Shown here in pieces: positions 61,690 to 64,000 of a DNA stretch of 64,000 nt. Below the pieces are notes generated by a model. That model was not told the DNA's origin, made no database searches, and was given only the letters and a program-made list of their open reading frames with translations. The stretch spans positions 25,298,001 through 25,362,000 of the forward strand of contig NC_086109.1 of NCBI RefSeq assembly GCF_963921235.1, given 5' to 3'. The stretch is from Mobula hypostoma (Eukaryota). Position 1 is the stretch's first letter. Each line of letters starts with the position of its first letter. The translations under genes and the position numbers were made by a program.

Positions 61690-63754
61690 TAGTCCGAGCT
61701 AGCACCCCAAGTTTGGGCCAACAGTACCATCTGGGGGGAATAATTCTTGTAGTGATTTTTGTCGAGGTATACACCCCTAAGTGCTATAAAGTATGTGATA
61801 GCATTGCAGCAGTGGTAGCTTTCTGTGAGGGGGTCTGGGAGTTGTACCTCCATGCTATAAGAACCATGATCCCATGGTGCTTTGCCTATGATAAGATGAA
61901 TTATGCCAGGTACCTGTCCCCTTACCTTGCTCAGATGATGAATCTTCCAGAGAAGAATCCTTCGGTGTATGAGGGCTTCAAGACAGGCCAATTCTCAGGA
62001 AACTCTGCTACAGTGGTTGATGGAAAGAACTTGGTCCAAAGAGTGAAAGGTGATCAAGTTACTATCAGAGATGTTGCCAGAACAATTCAGGGTATGGCTC
62101 TGAGGGAAGGCAGTCAGAGCAGCAGAATAGATGTTGTGTTCGACACATACAAGGAGAACTCTATTAACAATAGTGAAAGATCTCTATGGGGTGAAGAGAC
62201 TGGTCATGAGTTGCCAGGTACCACAGGCACACAGATGGTGAGGCAGTGGAGGAGCTTCCTGACCAAAGTCGGTAACAAAAATAGTCTCATTGGCTTCATA
62301 GTCCATGAATGGAGGAAGGTGGAGTACAGAACAAAGCTACAGAAGATTCTGTATGCAACTAAGAATGACAAATGTTACAGAATCACATTTCAAGACAGTG
62401 AGGAGGTGTCAGCTCTTCAGTGTCAACAAGAAGAAGCAGCTGGCCGCTTACTTCTCCATGCTGCCCATGCCACAAGAGAGGGACACCAATCTGTAGTGAT
62501 TTGCTCAGAAGACACAGATGTCTTTATCATGTCTTTAGCATTTTGTGACAAGATTGAGGCCCCATTGTTCTAGAAGTGTGACACTAGAACCCGTACAAGG
62601 CTTGTAGACATCAGGAAGGTTGCTGCCACTGTTGGCATAGAGGTTTGTAGGGCTCTCGTTGGGTTGCACGCATATACAGTATGTGACACTGTAAGCAGGC
62701 AAAGGGAAGACAAGTGCCCTAAGATTTCTGACCAGCAACAGGGAAACCCAGAACACATTCTTAGAGTTGGGTCAGGAATGGGACCTCTCCCCAGAACTGA
62801 TGGACAAATTGGAGGCATTTACATGTCTCCTGTATGCCCCAAAAGCATTGACCACCAAGGTCAATGAGCTTAGGTATCACCTTTTCTGTGCCAAAAAAGG
62901 TGAAATCGAAAGTCATCAACTCCCACCATGCAAGGACTGCTTAACAAAACATGCAAAACGAGCCAACTACCAGGCTGGTATATGGAGAAGATGTTTGGAG
63001 AAGGACCCACAAGGGCCAAGCTCTGTTGGCAGAGGATGGAAGATGGAGAGAGAAGAGGAAGCTGAACAGTTGGTGGTGCACTGGATGGAAGGCCAGCCAG
63101 CACCCGATGCCGTCCTGGATCTACTGGCCTGCAACTGTCCAAAAAAATGTTCACTCCCAAGATGCATGTGTGTTGCAAATGGCCTCAGGTGTACTGACAT
63201 GTGTAGACTGGCAGACTGTGAGAACCAGGCATCCACCTCAGAGAGTGTGGAAAGTTCAGATGATGATGTGGAAGACGTGGAAGACTTGGAAAATTATTAT
63301 GATTATTAATAGGTTATGAAAGTATGGAAAACAAAGTATGGAAAGCAGTCTTTGATTAAATATATTCATTTTACAACCAAATGGAGCCTAGTTTATGGCC
63401 GTGTGGAACCCCACATTTGAATTATTGTACTGTAAGTCTATATGCTATGACAAAAGCTTAAGATTGTTTTGATTTGATACAACAATATGGAAGATATCAT
63501 GACATTGATAAAACTCCAGAAATCTCTCCAAATGAGGTTTTTTTTACCTTTTTTTGGGGGGTAATGTTTTCTGCTGTACTGATGTTAATATGGAATATAT
63601 ACAAAAAGTGATTACTTATTTGAAGTAATAAAGCTACCACTGGGGCAATGCTATCACATATTTTCTAACTCTAGAGGTGTATACCTTGCCAAAAATCACT
63701 ATGAGCATTATTCCCCTCAGATGTTACAGACCAACCCGACTGGCTCGGGGACTA
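61690..63754 (+). mobile_element. Internally deleted Academ-type (AcademX-like) DNA transposon
   Basis: Termini TAGTCC...GGACTA, 3-bp TSD AAT (61687-61689 / 63755-63757), imperfect ~130-bp TIRs (61690-61822 / 63630-63754). Coding remnants: transposase C-terminal W-LYL...NYARY, XPG/PIN motifs (VVDG, DVVFDTY, QEEA, SEDTDV, LHAYTVCDTVS) and a Cys8 finger. Confidence 0.85.
61823..63309 (+). pseudogene. Disrupted Academ ORF: transposase tail + XPG/PIN nuclease + Cys8 (CXC-like) zinc finger
   Basis: ORFs 61713-62573 and 62767-63309; in-frame TAG at 62571-62573 and a frameshift near 62695; ends CNCPKKCSLPRCMCVANGLRCTDMCRLADCEN. Confidence 0.8.
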
Positions 63755-64000
63755 AATAGCAATTAGTCAGATTCCATTGCCAAGGCAATATCTAATTCGG
63801 GAAACAATGTGCAGACACTGAGCGACAGATTCCATGTCTGGGTATAAAGGTAAAATTGATCACATTATTCGCTAGTGTGGTAAAATGAACAACTGGTATA
63901 TATTAGAAATTGAGAGAGAGAGAATAGATTAATGTTAATTAGTCCTCTCAGCAGCCTATTGTAATGCATGGCAACACTCCGGTCTCTCCAGATCTAGCTC

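Overview
Repeat-dense vertebrate DNA, most likely a cartilaginous fish (ray/skate-like; inferred from HE1/V-SINE-type SINEs and abundant CR1, Rex/Babar and Penelope elements). The only host gene I can support is the 3' part of a Kv3-family potassium channel, best matching KCNC4 (Kv3.4), on the + strand: S1-S6 exon 20338-21262, exon 23840-~23995 and terminal coding exon 25517-25578. Exon 1 lies upstream of the window. Most notable points: (1) a CR1 LINE sits in the 3' end of KCNC4 exon 3, the expected donor is missing, and an in-phase internal GTGAGT donor could rescue the reading frame; (2) Penelope-like elements carry minimal hammerhead ribozymes, one intact in sense orientation in the presumed KCNC4 intron 1; (3) a 2.07-kb internally deleted Academ-type DNA transposon encodes XPG/PIN and Cys8 remnants; (4) an intronless RBM25 RRM fragment is fused to a Gypsy gag-protease remnant; (5) a 2.4-kb solo LTR is inflated by a modular minisatellite; (6) the channel has unusual substitutions in normally invariant Kv3 motifs. 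Homology calls are from recognition of motifs, not database searches.
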